From Dehalococcoidia bacterium (lineage in GTDB: Bacteria > Chloroflexota > Dehalococcoidia > GIF9 > AB-539-J10), in assembly GCA_030612025.1 (NCBI GenBank), contig JAUWOR010000002.1:32001-96000 (forward strand): a stretch of 64,000 bases of DNA, given 5' to 3'. Position numbers and translations under genes: made by a program. The notes beneath the pieces were generated by a model, which saw only the letters and a list, made by a program, of their open reading frames with translations, did not search any database and was not told the origin of the DNA. Shown piece after piece: positions 29,848 through 39,687 of this stretch (its first letter is position 1; each line of letters begins with the position of its first letter).

Positions 29848-30285
29848 ATGCCTAATAACCTACCTTACGAAAAGATGCTTCAGGAATGCTTGAGAGGTGA
29901 GCTCAGAGTAGTAAATGCTGGACTACCACGGAGCCAGAAACCGCTATCCACTTTATTACGTGAAGAATACCCCCATGTAATATGCAGTGATGGCAGCACT
30001 CACTCCTTTAAAAGAAGAGAGCTTGAGCATCTTGCCAGCATGATAAATACTGAGGAGCAAAAAGCATTGTTATTGCCTATACTTATAGAACTGGGGCGAA
30101 ATCAAGCCGAGGCAGCCATAATATGCCAAGCAGATGTAGAGGAAAAAGTTATATCAAAAATACTTAGCATGCCCACTACACCCGAGCAAGGAAGGATTAG
30201 GATATATAAGCCACAGTTAGCCCTGCTAAGGAAAAGGCTAAAAACAACAACGCAGTACGTATTTTCTCCCAAAATCCTCAAATAA
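29848..30285 (+). CDS. DUF61/UPF0216-like protein
   Basis: NAGLPRSQKPLSTLL.EEYP....DGSTHSFKRREL..L and LPILIE resemble archaeal DUF61. RBS ggagg precedes ATG 29848. Confidence 0.65.
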   Translation: MPNNLPYEKMLQECLRGELRVVNAGLPRSQKPLSTLLREEYPHVICSDGSTHSFKRRELEHLASMINTEEQKALLLPILIELGRNQAEAAIICQADVEEKVISKILSMPTTPEQGRIRIYKPQLALLRKRLKTTTQYVFSPKILK

Positions 30286-30396
30286 CCACAATGTGCTTGA
30301 CTTAGGAGAGATAATACGTCAATATACTGTGCTAAATTTGCTTATGAAACCAGTATGACGACCTGATCGCACCGGGATTAAGGAGGTAAGTTCTAT

Positions 30397-30591
30397 ATGG
30401 CTCTGCCTAAGAAAAAAACTGCCAAGGCACGCCAAGGTAAAAGGCGTAGCCACCTTAAGCTTAATTTACCGGCCTTGGATATCTGCCCTCAGTGCCAGAG
30501 TCTTAAGTTAGCTCACCATGTTTGCCCTACTTGCGGTAGTTATAATGATAGACATGCGGTCGAGGTCAAGACACCTAAGAAAAAAGGCTAG
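30397..30591 (+). CDS. rpmF: 50S ribosomal protein L32
   Basis: MALPKKK...RRSH...CPQC....HHVCPTCGSY. Confidence 0.95.
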   Translation: MALPKKKTAKARQGKRRSHLKLNLPALDICPQCQSLKLAHHVCPTCGSYNDRHAVEVKTPKKKG

Positions 30592-30599
30592 CTAGGGGT

Positions 30600-31547
30600 A
30601 TGGCTGAGATATCTAAGACAGCCTATGTTTTTCCCGGGCAGGGGTCCCAGAGCGTTGGTATGGGGTTGGACTTATATCGCCGCTATTCTACAGCTAGGGA
30701 AGTCTTCGATGAAGCTGATGCTACTTTAGCTTTTCCCCTCTCGTGCCTATGCTTTGACGGGCCGGAAGAGGAACTAACGAGAACAGATAATGTCCAGCCA
30801 GCGATATTAGTAACCAGTATTGCTTGCCTAAGGGCAGCTCAACAAGCTAGCAATAAGGATTTGCCCACTCCCTCCTTTGTCGCTGGACATAGCTTGGGGG
30901 AATACACTGCCCTCGTGGCTGCCAATGCCCTCAGCTTGGGCGACGCCGTGCGCTTAGTTCGGGAAAGGGGGAGATTAATGTATAAAGCGGGGCAAAAAAA
31001 TGCGGGAGGCATGCTAGCCATAATAGGGCTTGATATAGACACTGTTGCAGATGTATGCCTTCGCAGCGAAAGCACTATCTCCAACATCAACTGCCCAGGA
31101 CAGATTGTAATTAGTGGCGCTACTGATGCTCTGGCTGAGGCCAGCAAATTAGCTAGAATGAAAGGTGCCCGTCGCCTTATTCCCTTAAAGGTAAGCGGTG
31201 CCTTTCATTCCCCCTTAATGGAACCGATTATAGCTGAATTCAGAGAAGGTATCTCAAATTTCACCTTTCACCCACCAGCTATTCCCTTGATAGCTAACGT
31301 AACTGCTCAGCCACTGACTAACGTTGATTCCATCAAAGAGGAGCTTCTAAAACAGCTTCGCCACTGCATCCAATGGCAGCCTTCTATTGAATATATGACG
31401 CATAACGGGGTTGCTTCCTTTTATGAGATTGGCCCCGGAAGGGTGCTCTGTGGTTTAATTAAACGAATCGATCCAAGAGTACAGACCTTCAACATTTCAG
31501 GAATTGAGGATGTCACACAGCTAGAAAGTTCAGCCACATCTAACTAA
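30600..31547 (+). CDS. fabD: Malonyl-CoA:ACP transacylase
   Basis: FPGQGSQ, GHSLGEY, VSGAFHS and EIGPGRVL motifs. Confidence 0.95.
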   Translation: MAEISKTAYVFPGQGSQSVGMGLDLYRRYSTAREVFDEADATLAFPLSCLCFDGPEEELTRTDNVQPAILVTSIACLRAAQQASNKDLPTPSFVAGHSLGEYTALVAANALSLGDAVRLVRERGRLMYKAGQKNAGGMLAIIGLDIDTVADVCLRSESTISNINCPGQIVISGATDALAEASKLARMKGARRLIPLKVSGAFHSPLMEPIIAEFREGISNFTFHPPAIPLIANVTAQPLTNVDSIKEELLKQLRHCIQWQPSIEYMTHNGVASFYEIGPGRVLCGLIKRIDPRVQTFNISGIEDVTQLESSATSN

Positions 31548-31549
31548 CT

Positions 31550-32014
31550 ATGGGTTTAAGGCGAAAGGCGCGATTCACTGCTCTTCAGATACTCTATGAG
31601 CTCGATTGCACAGAACATGGAGCAAAAGAAGCTTTAGCTCGTTTAGCAACTGAGAAAGCGTTACCGCAAGAGGCACTTAGCTTCAGTGAGGAACTTATAC
31701 AAGGGGTGCTGCAAAATAAATTCAAACTCGATGACATCATTAAGCGCTTTGCACCAGCTTTTCCTATAGAACAAATGTCTGCTATCGATAGAAATATCCT
31801 GCGACTTGCCATCTTTGAGATTTTATTTGATAATAACACCCCAATTAAGGTAGCTATAAATGAGGCTGTAGAGCTAGCTAAGGCTTTTGGCAGCGATTCT
31901 TCGCCAAGGCTAATTAACGGAGTGTTAGGGTCAATAGTAACTGAATATGGTGCGAAGAAACACAAGCCAGAAAACCTAACAGACCGTTCAAGACACTATT
32001 GCTTACCTTTATGA
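31550..32014 (+). CDS. nusB: Transcription antitermination factor NusB
   Basis: RRKAR..ALQILY, DRNILRLA..E and INEAVELAK.FG...S..LINGVL motifs. Confidence 0.95.
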   Translation: MGLRRKARFTALQILYELDCTEHGAKEALARLATEKALPQEALSFSEELIQGVLQNKFKLDDIIKRFAPAFPIEQMSAIDRNILRLAIFEILFDNNTPIKVAINEAVELAKAFGSDSSPRLINGVLGSIVTEYGAKKHKPENLTDRSRHYCLPL

Positions 32015-32100
32015 CCACGGAATAGAAGATGAGTAACTCTCCTTTTAATAACTTTGCCATGCCGACTTTCAGGAAAATCTGAAAAATTTCACGCAAAGTA

Positions 32101-32130
32101 TTGCCTTTTGCTTAATCTTTGTTTTATAAT
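32101..32130 (+). promoter_or_regulatory. Putative sigma70 promoter of the hdr/mvh cluster
   Basis: TTGCCT-18bp-TATAAT. A Rex-like imperfect palindrome (atctgaaaaatttcacgc, 32077-32094) lies just upstream. Confidence 0.5.
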
Positions 32131-32144
32131 ACTTTCTCGTGCTT

Positions 32145-32188
32145 AAAAAGGGATAGCTAGAGGGTTTTTACACTAGCTATCCTTTTTT
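32145..32188 (+). terminator. Intrinsic-terminator-like hairpin in the hdr cluster leader
   Basis: aaaaagggatagctag / ctagctatcctttttt 16-bp stem with a 12-nt loop and a U-tract. Confidence 0.6.
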
Positions 32189-32222
32189 ATTGCCCATTTT
32201 GGAAAGTGCGGTTTATGTTGAA

Positions 32223-33371
32223 ATGGAAGTGCTAAGCCCTTACAAGGAAGCTACAGAGGTAATAATTGAGGCTGGCGGTGAGCCTCTCAGATTGTGTTAC
32301 CAATGTGGTATTTGCACCGGCATCTGTCCCTGGAATTTGGTTAGAGGCTTTATTGTTCGCCGTATTATTCATGAAGCTCAACTCGGAGCGACAGATTTTG
32401 GCAGCGAAGAGGTCTGGCTTTGTGCTACCTGTCGGGCTTGTGTCCAGAGGTGCCCGCGCGGTGTAGAGATAATTGATGTTATGAGGGCCGCGCGCCGAGC
32501 CGTAGTTAGTTTGGGCATTGGCATTGTCCCTGATGCCCTCAGAATCTCGGCCAAAAACATCGCTGGCGCTGGCAATCCACTTGGCGAAGCCCCAGAAAAA
32601 CGAGGTGATTGGGCCAAGGATTTAGGGGTGAAAAAATTCTCGCCGGGCATGGAAATACTTTATTTCCCGTGTTGTGTTCCTGCATATGATCCTGATGTTA
32701 AAGTGGTGTCTCGGGCTACCGCTACTATCCTCAGCAAATTAGGAGTAGATTTTGGCATTTTAGGCAGTGAGGAGAGATGCTGCGGTGAGGCAATCCGCAA
32801 AGCTGGATATGAAGATACATTTCACAGCCTGGCTCAGAGCAATATTGCTGCCTTTAGTAGCAACGACGTTAAGACTGTAGTGGTCTCCTCACCGCATTGT
32901 TACCACACCTTTAAGAATGAGTATCCTGAACTCGGAGGTGAATTCCAGGTAATTCATATCACTCAATACCTAGTCCAGCTTATTGACCAAGGGAGATTAA
33001 AGTTTTCTAAGGAAATAAATAAAAGGGTAATTTACTCTGATCCCTGTTATTTAGGACGGCACAATGGCATATACGACGAGCCAAGGAAGGTATTACAAAG
33101 TATTCCTGGCGTGGAATTAATTGAATTTCCTGATTCTCGTGAGGATAGTCTTTGTTGTGGTGGCGGTGGCGGCAGAATCTGGATGGAGACCGTGAAGGGA
33201 GAAAGATTTTCTGATATAAGGGTGGAGCAAGCTCTAGAGAAGGGCGCAGATATAATAGCTGTGGCTTGCCCTTACTGCTTCCTCAACTATAGGGATAGCG
33301 TGCTCACTATGGACAAGGCAGAGGTTATTGAGGTTAAAGATGTCTCGGAGCTTGTTGCTGAAGCAATGTAG
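32223..33371 (+). CDS. HdrD-like (Fe-S)-binding oxidoreductase (HdrC-like 2x[4Fe-4S] plus two CCG domains)
   Basis: CYQCGICTGICP, CATCRACVQRCP, ERCCG, DPCYLGR and CCGGGGG motifs. Confidence 0.85.
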   Translation: MEVLSPYKEATEVIIEAGGEPLRLCYQCGICTGICPWNLVRGFIVRRIIHEAQLGATDFGSEEVWLCATCRACVQRCPRGVEIIDVMRAARRAVVSLGIGIVPDALRISAKNIAGAGNPLGEAPEKRGDWAKDLGVKKFSPGMEILYFPCCVPAYDPDVKVVSRATATILSKLGVDFGILGSEERCCGEAIRKAGYEDTFHSLAQSNIAAFSSNDVKTVVVSSPHCYHTFKNEYPELGGEFQVIHITQYLVQLIDQGRLKFSKEINKRVIYSDPCYLGRHNGIYDEPRKVLQSIPGVELIEFPDSREDSLCCGGGGGRIWMETVKGERFSDIRVEQALEKGADIIAVACPYCFLNYRDSVLTMDKAEVIEVKDVSELVAEAM

Positions 33372-33389
33372 CCAAGAGAGAGGGATGAA

Positions 33390-35378
33390 ATGGAAGAGGT
33401 AAAGATTGGTGTTTATGTTTGCCATTGTGGATTAAATATTGCCGGCACGGTAGATGTAGAAGAGGTAGCTAAGTATGCAGCAACCTTACCTTCGGTGGTG
33501 GTGTCCCGTGACTACAGGTATATGTGCTCTGATCCGGGGCAGGATCTGATCAAAAATGATATTAAAGAGTATGGACTTAATCGAGTTGTGGTTGCTTCCT
33601 GCTCCCCAAGGATGCACGAGCCTACCTTCCGCAATGCTTGTCAAGAGGGGGGGCTAAATCCTTATCTCTATGAGCATGCCAATATCAGGGAACACTGTTC
33701 CTGGGTTCACGATGATAAGAAGATAAATACTGAAAAGGCTAAAGATTTGGTAAGAGCGGCAGTAAAGCGAGTTTACCATCATGAGCCTTTAGAGGTTAAG
33801 GAGGCGCCGGTTAACCCTAACGTCTTGGTTGTTGGCGGAGGTATCGCTGGAATTCAGGCTGCTTTGGACATCGCCAACGGTGAAAAGAGGGTCTATCTCG
33901 TGGAGCGGGAACCTAGTATTGGTGGGCACATGATTCAGCTTGATAGGACCTTCCCTACTTTAGACTGCTCTGAATGCATTCTTACCCCAAAGATGGCTGA
34001 TGTGGGGCACCATCCTTTCATCGAGCTTCTAGCCTATAGTGAAGTGGAGGAGGTTTCCGGATCCATAGGCCAATTTAAGGTCAAGGTGAGAAAGAAAGCT
34101 AGACATATAGATGAGAGTAAATGCGTCGGCTGTGGAATTTGTGAGGAGAAATGCCCTTGGAAAGTGCCGAGTGAGTTCGAGATGGGCTTGGCAATGAGAA
34201 AGGCGATTTATATTCCCTTTGCCCAAGCTATCCCCAATCTAGTAACAGTAGACCCAGATCTCTGTGTCTATATTCAATCAAATGGGAAGAAATGTGGAGC
34301 TTGTATAAAGTTCTGTGAAGCGAAAGCCATAACCCCTGAGACTCTTCTTAATCAAACCGACCAAATCATTGAGCTTGAGGTGGGCTCGATCATTGTTGCC
34401 ACCGGCTATGACCAATTTGATCCCTCTGTTATACCTCAATATGGATATGGAAAGTATGACAACGTGTTAACGGGACTTCAATTTGAGAGGATGACCTGTG
34501 CTGCGGGGCCGACTGGTGGCAAAGTTCTATTGAAAGATGGCAGAGAACCAGAGAGTATGGCTATCATACACTGCGTTGGCAGTCGAGACCAGAATTACCA
34601 TGAGTATTGCTCCCGAGTTTGTTGCATGTATGGTCTCAAATATGCCCACTTAATAAAAGAGTTTACTAAAGCCGATGTGTATGAATTTTATATTGATATG
34701 CGTTGCTTTGGAGAAGGTTATGAGGAATTTTACAAACGCTGCTCAGAAGAGGGGGTTAATTTCATAAGGGGCAAGGTAGCCAAGGTTACAGACCAGGCTG
34801 CAACTGAGGAAGAAAAGGGAAAGTTAATCGTAGTTGCTGAGGATACACTTCTAGGAAGGCTGATACGCGTTCCCGTAGATATGGTTATCCTATGTGCTGC
34901 TCTGGAGGCGAGGGCCGATGCTGACAAGGTTGCTAGCCTCTTCACCCTCAATCGGAGGGCAGACGGCTTTTTCCTAGAGAGGCATGTTAAGCTTGACCCT
35001 GTGGCTACGCCAACTGACGGAGTTTTTATCGCCGGTTGTTGCGAAGGACCAAGAGACATACCCGATACTGTAGCTCAAGCTGAAGCAACAGCAGCTAAAG
35101 CTTTATCCCTAATAAGCAAAGGCAAAATCACACTTGAATCCGCCATAGCTAATGTAGATGAGACTCGATGTTTAGGTTGTGGACGATGTGAAGAGATATG
35201 CACTTTCCACGCCCCTAAAGTCATTAGCAAGAACGGGGTCATGGTTTCTGAGATAAATGAGACCTTGTGCAAGGGCTGTGGCGCCTGTGCTGTTGTCTGT
35301 CCCACAGGGGCAATGGTGATTAGGCATTATAAGCCTGAACAAATAATGAGTCAGGTCGGTGCTTTAATGGAAGTATAA
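33390..35378 (+). CDS. hdrA: Heterodisulfide reductase subunit A
   Basis: IGVYVCHCG, ASCSPRMHE, NIREHCSWVH, GGGIAG, TFPTLDC, CVGSRD, CSRVCCMY and C-terminal ferredoxin. Confidence 0.93.
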   Translation: MEEVKIGVYVCHCGLNIAGTVDVEEVAKYAATLPSVVVSRDYRYMCSDPGQDLIKNDIKEYGLNRVVVASCSPRMHEPTFRNACQEGGLNPYLYEHANIREHCSWVHDDKKINTEKAKDLVRAAVKRVYHHEPLEVKEAPVNPNVLVVGGGIAGIQAALDIANGEKRVYLVEREPSIGGHMIQLDRTFPTLDCSECILTPKMADVGHHPFIELLAYSEVEEVSGSIGQFKVKVRKKARHIDESKCVGCGICEEKCPWKVPSEFEMGLAMRKAIYIPFAQAIPNLVTVDPDLCVYIQSNGKKCGACIKFCEAKAITPETLLNQTDQIIELEVGSIIVATGYDQFDPSVIPQYGYGKYDNVLTGLQFERMTCAAGPTGGKVLLKDGREPESMAIIHCVGSRDQNYHEYCSRVCCMYGLKYAHLIKEFTKADVYEFYIDMRCFGEGYEEFYKRCSEEGVNFIRGKVAKVTDQAATEEEKGKLIVVAEDTLLGRLIRVPVDMVILCAALEARADADKVASLFTLNRRADGFFLERHVKLDPVATPTDGVFIAGCCEGPRDIPDTVAQAEATAAKALSLISKGKITLESAIANVDETRCLGCGRCEEICTFHAPKVISKNGVMVSEINETLCKGCGACAVVCPTGAMVIRHYKPEQIMSQVGALMEV

Positions 35379-35380
35379 TA

Positions 35381-35809
35381 ATGGCTGAATTTGAACCTCA
35401 GATCATTGCCTTTACCTGCAATTGGTGCACCTATGCTGCAGCCGATTTAGCTGGAACAAGCCGCATTCATTACCCAGCAAATGTCAGGATTGTAAGGGTG
35501 ATGTGCAGCGGCATGGTAAACCCCATGTATGTCTTTAAAGCCTTTGAGGGTGGTGCCGATGGAGTCATAGTCGCTGGGTGTAACTATACAGACTGCCATT
35601 ACATCGATGGCCCGGTAAAGTGTGATGCCATGTTTGCCAGGCTGAAGAAGATGGTCCTCATACTTGGCTTAGAGGAGGAGAGGTTAAGGCGTGAGATGAT
35701 TTCCACCTCTGAGGGAGTAATATTTGCTCGAGTAGTTGAGGAGATGGTGGAGCAACTCAAGAAATTAGGCCCTTCACCTTTTAAAATTAAAATGGAGACT
35801 CTGGCGTGA
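35381..35809 (+). CDS. mvhD: Hydrogenase iron-sulfur subunit MvhD/FlpD
   Basis: FTCNWCTYAAADLAG, RVMCSG and GC...DCHY motifs. Confidence 0.9.
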   Translation: MAEFEPQIIAFTCNWCTYAAADLAGTSRIHYPANVRIVRVMCSGMVNPMYVFKAFEGGADGVIVAGCNYTDCHYIDGPVKCDAMFARLKKMVLILGLEEERLRREMISTSEGVIFARVVEEMVEQLKKLGPSPFKIKMETLA

Positions 35810-36954
35810 ATTTAGAGGATATTATTCAAGAAACTAAGACCTACTATTGTTTGGAGTGTGGCAAGTGTTCCAGCCTATGCCCTATTTCAAGGTATGATCC
35901 TCAGTATTCGCCACGAGTGATGGTAGAGAATGCCTTGCTTGGACTCGAAGATGAGATAGTTTACAATAAAAAGCTCTTTTCCTGCCTTACATGCTATACC
36001 TGCCAGCTCAAATGCCCCTCTGATGTAGATTATCCTTTATTCATTCAGAAAGCACGGGTTTTAGCCACAGCAGCAGGGCAACACGGGGATTATGCCCATT
36101 CAGGCACCTTGCAATCCATTGCCATGCTTATGGCAAGGTCGCCACTCAAGCAAAATAGATTGGAGTGGCTTAAGAAGGATGGGTATCGCACTTCAGAGAA
36201 GAGCGACGTCATGTTATTCATTGGCTGCTCCCCCTATTTCGAGCCCGTTTTTGAGGACATCCCGATGAGAACGCTAAACATCGCCGAGGCAAGCCTGAAG
36301 GTTCTCAATTCTCTAGGGATAGAGCCTTTGGTGCATCCTGATGAGAGATGCTGTGGGCACGATGCTCTGTGGGTGGGAGATATGGAGACTTTCAAGAAGC
36401 TAGCGGAGCACAATGCTGCCCTTATAAAGGAAAGCGGTGTAAAGAAAGTTATTTTCTTCTGCCCTGAGGGTTATCGCACCTTTAAATTGGATTATCCCAA
36501 TTATGTCAAACTAGATTGCGAGGTTATGCATATTTCCGAACTTTTGGCTCAGAGGCTGGAAACAGAGGGCTTACGCTTTAACGAAGTCAAAAAGAAAGTC
36601 ACTTACCAAGACCCTTGCCGCTTAGGAAGACATTTGGGGATTTACGATGCTCCGAGGAAAGTGCTACAGGCTATCCCTGGGATAGAGCTCGTGGAAATGG
36701 AACATAATAGAGAGGAATCCATCTGCTGTGGCACGAGCTGTTTTACCAATTGCGATTCATATTCCAAGCAGATAAGGGTGGAGAGGCTGCTTGAAGCTAA
36801 AGCCACTGGGGCGGAGACCTTAATCACCTCTTGCCCCAAATGTCAAACCCATTTCAGATGCGCTATGGTGAACAAGGGTGAGGAGAAAGGCCCTGATATA
36901 GAAATAGAGCTTATGGATTTGGTTAATCTGGTAGCAACTTCCCTGGGAGGCTAA
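35806..36954 (+). CDS. HdrD-like (Fe-S)-binding oxidoreductase, second copy
   Basis: CLECGKCSSLCP, CLTCYTCQLKCP, ERCCG, QDPCRLGR and ICCG motifs. Confidence 0.85.
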   Translation: MNLEDIIQETKTYYCLECGKCSSLCPISRYDPQYSPRVMVENALLGLEDEIVYNKKLFSCLTCYTCQLKCPSDVDYPLFIQKARVLATAAGQHGDYAHSGTLQSIAMLMARSPLKQNRLEWLKKDGYRTSEKSDVMLFIGCSPYFEPVFEDIPMRTLNIAEASLKVLNSLGIEPLVHPDERCCGHDALWVGDMETFKKLAEHNAALIKESGVKKVIFFCPEGYRTFKLDYPNYVKLDCEVMHISELLAQRLETEGLRFNEVKKKVTYQDPCRLGRHLGIYDAPRKVLQAIPGIELVEMEHNREESICCGTSCFTNCDSYSKQIRVERLLEAKATGAETLITSCPKCQTHFRCAMVNKGEEKGPDIEIELMDLVNLVATSLGG

Positions 36955-36956
36955 GA

Positions 36957-39686
36957 ATGAATGGGCAAAATGGACATAAATCAGTCTTAGTGATTGGTGG
37001 TGGCATTGCCGGCATTCAAGCCTCGCTCGACTTAGCTAATATGGGTTTTAAAGTTTATCTGGTGGAAAAGTCACCTAGCATTGGGGGGAGGATGGCACAG
37101 CTAGATAAGACCTTTCCCACTAATGATTGTGCCATGTGCATTCTCGCCCCTAGGATGATAGAAGCGAACTCTCACTCTAATATAGACCTTTATACTTATT
37201 CTGAAGTGGAGGATGTCTCTGGAGAGGTTGGCGACTTCAAAGTCAAGATAAAGAGGAATTCACCTTTTGTTGATTGGAGTAAATGCACTGGATGTGGTCT
37301 CTGCGAGGAGGGATGCCCTGTTATCCTGCCCAAGGAATTCGATCAAGGACTTGGGAAAAGAAAAGCTATCTTTATCCCCTTCCCTCAGGCTGTTCCTAAG
37401 AAATATACCATTGATAAGAGGGAGGAGAGGCCATGTAAAGCAGCCTGCATGGATGCTTGCCCTGCTCATACTAATGTGCTGGGTTATATCAAGCTAATTG
37501 CCGAAGGGGAGTTTCAAGAGGCTTATAAGCTTATAAGGGATACAAATCCTCTCCCGGCATCCGTTGGTCGAGTTTGCTACGCTCCCTGTGAGGAAGCTTG
37601 TAATCGAGGGCAGCTTGACGAGCCTATGGCTATCCGCGACCTTAAGAGATTTGCTGCCGACCAAGTGGATATTGAGGAGCTTGAAGTTCCGACTATTACC
37701 AAAACCGATAAGAAGGTAGCGATTGTAGGCTCAGGCCCTGCAGGTCTCGCTGCTGCCAATGACCTTGCCTTGAAAGGGCATGATGTGACTATCTTTGAGG
37801 CTCTTCCCGAACCTGGAGGTATGCTTCGCGTCGGCATCCCTGAATATCGCCTTCCAAAAGAGATTTTGCGGAAGGAGATAGGCTACATCCAGAAGCTTGG
37901 TGTAGAGATAAGAACAGGGGTTCAGGTTGGCAAAGATATTGCGCTGGAAGAATTAAGGAGAAACTATGATGCCCTTTTTATTGCCGCTGGAGCTCACGGT
38001 GGGATGAGACTCAGGGTGGAGGGGGAGGAGCTTCCTGGGGTGATAGAAGGGATAAGATTCCTGCGCGCGGTGAACCTTGGTGAGAAGGTAGAGGTAGGGA
38101 AGAAGACAGCAGTGATTGGCGGAGGGAATACTGCTGTAGACTGTGCTAGAACAGCAAAGCGCCTTGGAGCAGAAGCGGTAAAAATAGTGTATCGTCGTTC
38201 CCGAAGTGAGATGCCAGCTTCTGCAGAAGAAACAGCAGCAGTGGAGGAGGAAGGGATACCAATTGAATTTCTAACCACCCCAACCCGCTTCTTTCCAGAA
38301 AACGGGAAACTTGCCAAGATGGAGTGCGTAAAGATGAAGCTTGGGGAGCCAGATGCCAGCGGTCGTCCTCGACCCATCCCTATCGAGGGCTCCGAGTTCA
38401 CTACTTCGGTGGATACGGTGATTGCTGCTCTTGGCCAGGCTCCGGAAACGGAATTCGTTAAGGAGTTCGGGATCTCGCTCTCCAAGAGAGGCATGATAGA
38501 AATTGATCCTGAGACCGGGGCGACTAACATTGAGGGAGTCTTCGCCGGGGGGGATGTAGTTACCGGACCTGCTTTCGTGATTGATGCCATAGCAGCAGGA
38601 AAAAGGGCGGCTCGCTCCATAGATCGGCATTTGAAAGGAGAGCCTATTGAGGTTAAAGAGGAGGGAAAAGAGCCGGAGAAGCTCTCTGAGGAGGAGGTTG
38701 AGGATAGGAAGAAACGCTTCCCCTCCCAAAAACGGGTGAAGCTGAGAGATGAGCCTATCGGGGAGAGAATAAAGGACTTTCGTGAGGTTTCTTTAGGTTA
38801 TACCGTGGAAGAGGCCATAGAGGAGGCTTCACGCTGCCTTGCAGGACAAATAGAAGGGTGCATCGAGTGTCATGAATGCGCGAAGCGATGCGAGGCAAAT
38901 GCGATAGCTTACACGATGCAAGACGAACACATCGAAATCGATGTCGGTGCGATAATCCTCGCCACAGGCCTTGACCTCTACGATGTCTCACCATTAACGG
39001 AATATGGCTATGGAAAGATAAAGAATGTCGTCACCGCGATAGAATTTGAGAGATTAACTGCAGCATCAGGACCCACTTTCGGAGAGCTCAAGCGCCCTTC
39101 GGACGGAAAGATTCCCCATGCTATAGCCTTCATTCAGTGTGTTGGCTCTCGTGATTTCAAACACAAAGCATACTGCTCCAGTGTCTGCTGCATGCATGCT
39201 ACCAAGGAAGCGATACTAGCCTACGAACATCATCCAGGGACAAAATCCACCATCTTCTATATGGACTTAAGGGCTGTAGGCAAAAGATTCCAAGAATATG
39301 TCACCAGGGCGAAAGAGGAGTACAACGTGACATATATCCGGAGTCGTCCTGGTAGGGTCGCGGTCAACCCGGAAAACCAAAATCCCATCGTGTGGTATGA
39401 GGACACCACTACTACGGAAACAAAGAATATGGAAGTAGATTTAGTGGTTCTTTGTCAGGCAATGACCCCCCGAGGCAGCAAGGAATTAGCAGAGATATTA
39501 GGCATAGAGCTAAATGAATATGGCTTTGTAGAGGTTCCTGATAAATTGTCCCACCCAGTAGATAGCACCAGACCGGGAATATTTGCCTGTGGCTATGTTC
39601 ACAGCCCCAGGGATATCCCAGACTCTGTAACACAAGGGTCAGGGGCAGCAGCTAGAGCAGCCGAGGTCATAGCAGGAGGTAGTTGA
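36957..39686 (+). CDS. hdrA: HdrA-family flavoprotein with inserted GltD/NfnB-like NAD(P)H-binding module (HdrL-type)
   Basis: HdrA motifs (GGGIAGIQASL, TFPTNDCAMC, QCVGSRD, CSSVCCM) are interrupted by CMDACPAH...GRVCYAPCE, GSGPAGL, GGGNTAVD and GGDVVTGP. Confidence 0.85.
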   Translation: MNGQNGHKSVLVIGGGIAGIQASLDLANMGFKVYLVEKSPSIGGRMAQLDKTFPTNDCAMCILAPRMIEANSHSNIDLYTYSEVEDVSGEVGDFKVKIKRNSPFVDWSKCTGCGLCEEGCPVILPKEFDQGLGKRKAIFIPFPQAVPKKYTIDKREERPCKAACMDACPAHTNVLGYIKLIAEGEFQEAYKLIRDTNPLPASVGRVCYAPCEEACNRGQLDEPMAIRDLKRFAADQVDIEELEVPTITKTDKKVAIVGSGPAGLAAANDLALKGHDVTIFEALPEPGGMLRVGIPEYRLPKEILRKEIGYIQKLGVEIRTGVQVGKDIALEELRRNYDALFIAAGAHGGMRLRVEGEELPGVIEGIRFLRAVNLGEKVEVGKKTAVIGGGNTAVDCARTAKRLGAEAVKIVYRRSRSEMPASAEETAAVEEEGIPIEFLTTPTRFFPENGKLAKMECVKMKLGEPDASGRPRPIPIEGSEFTTSVDTVIAALGQAPETEFVKEFGISLSKRGMIEIDPETGATNIEGVFAGGDVVTGPAFVIDAIAAGKRAARSIDRHLKGEPIEVKEEGKEPEKLSEEEVEDRKKRFPSQKRVKLRDEPIGERIKDFREVSLGYTVEEAIEEASRCLAGQIEGCIECHECAKRCEANAIAYTMQDEHIEIDVGAIILATGLDLYDVSPLTEYGYGKIKNVVTAIEFERLTAASGPTFGELKRPSDGKIPHAIAFIQCVGSRDFKHKAYCSSVCCMHATKEAILAYEHHPGTKSTIFYMDLRAVGKRFQEYVTRAKEEYNVTYIRSRPGRVAVNPENQNPIVWYEDTTTTETKNMEVDLVVLCQAMTPRGSKELAEILGIELNEYGFVEVPDKLSHPVDSTRPGIFACGYVHSPRDIPDSVTQGSGAAARAAEVIAGGS

Positions 39687-39687
39687 C

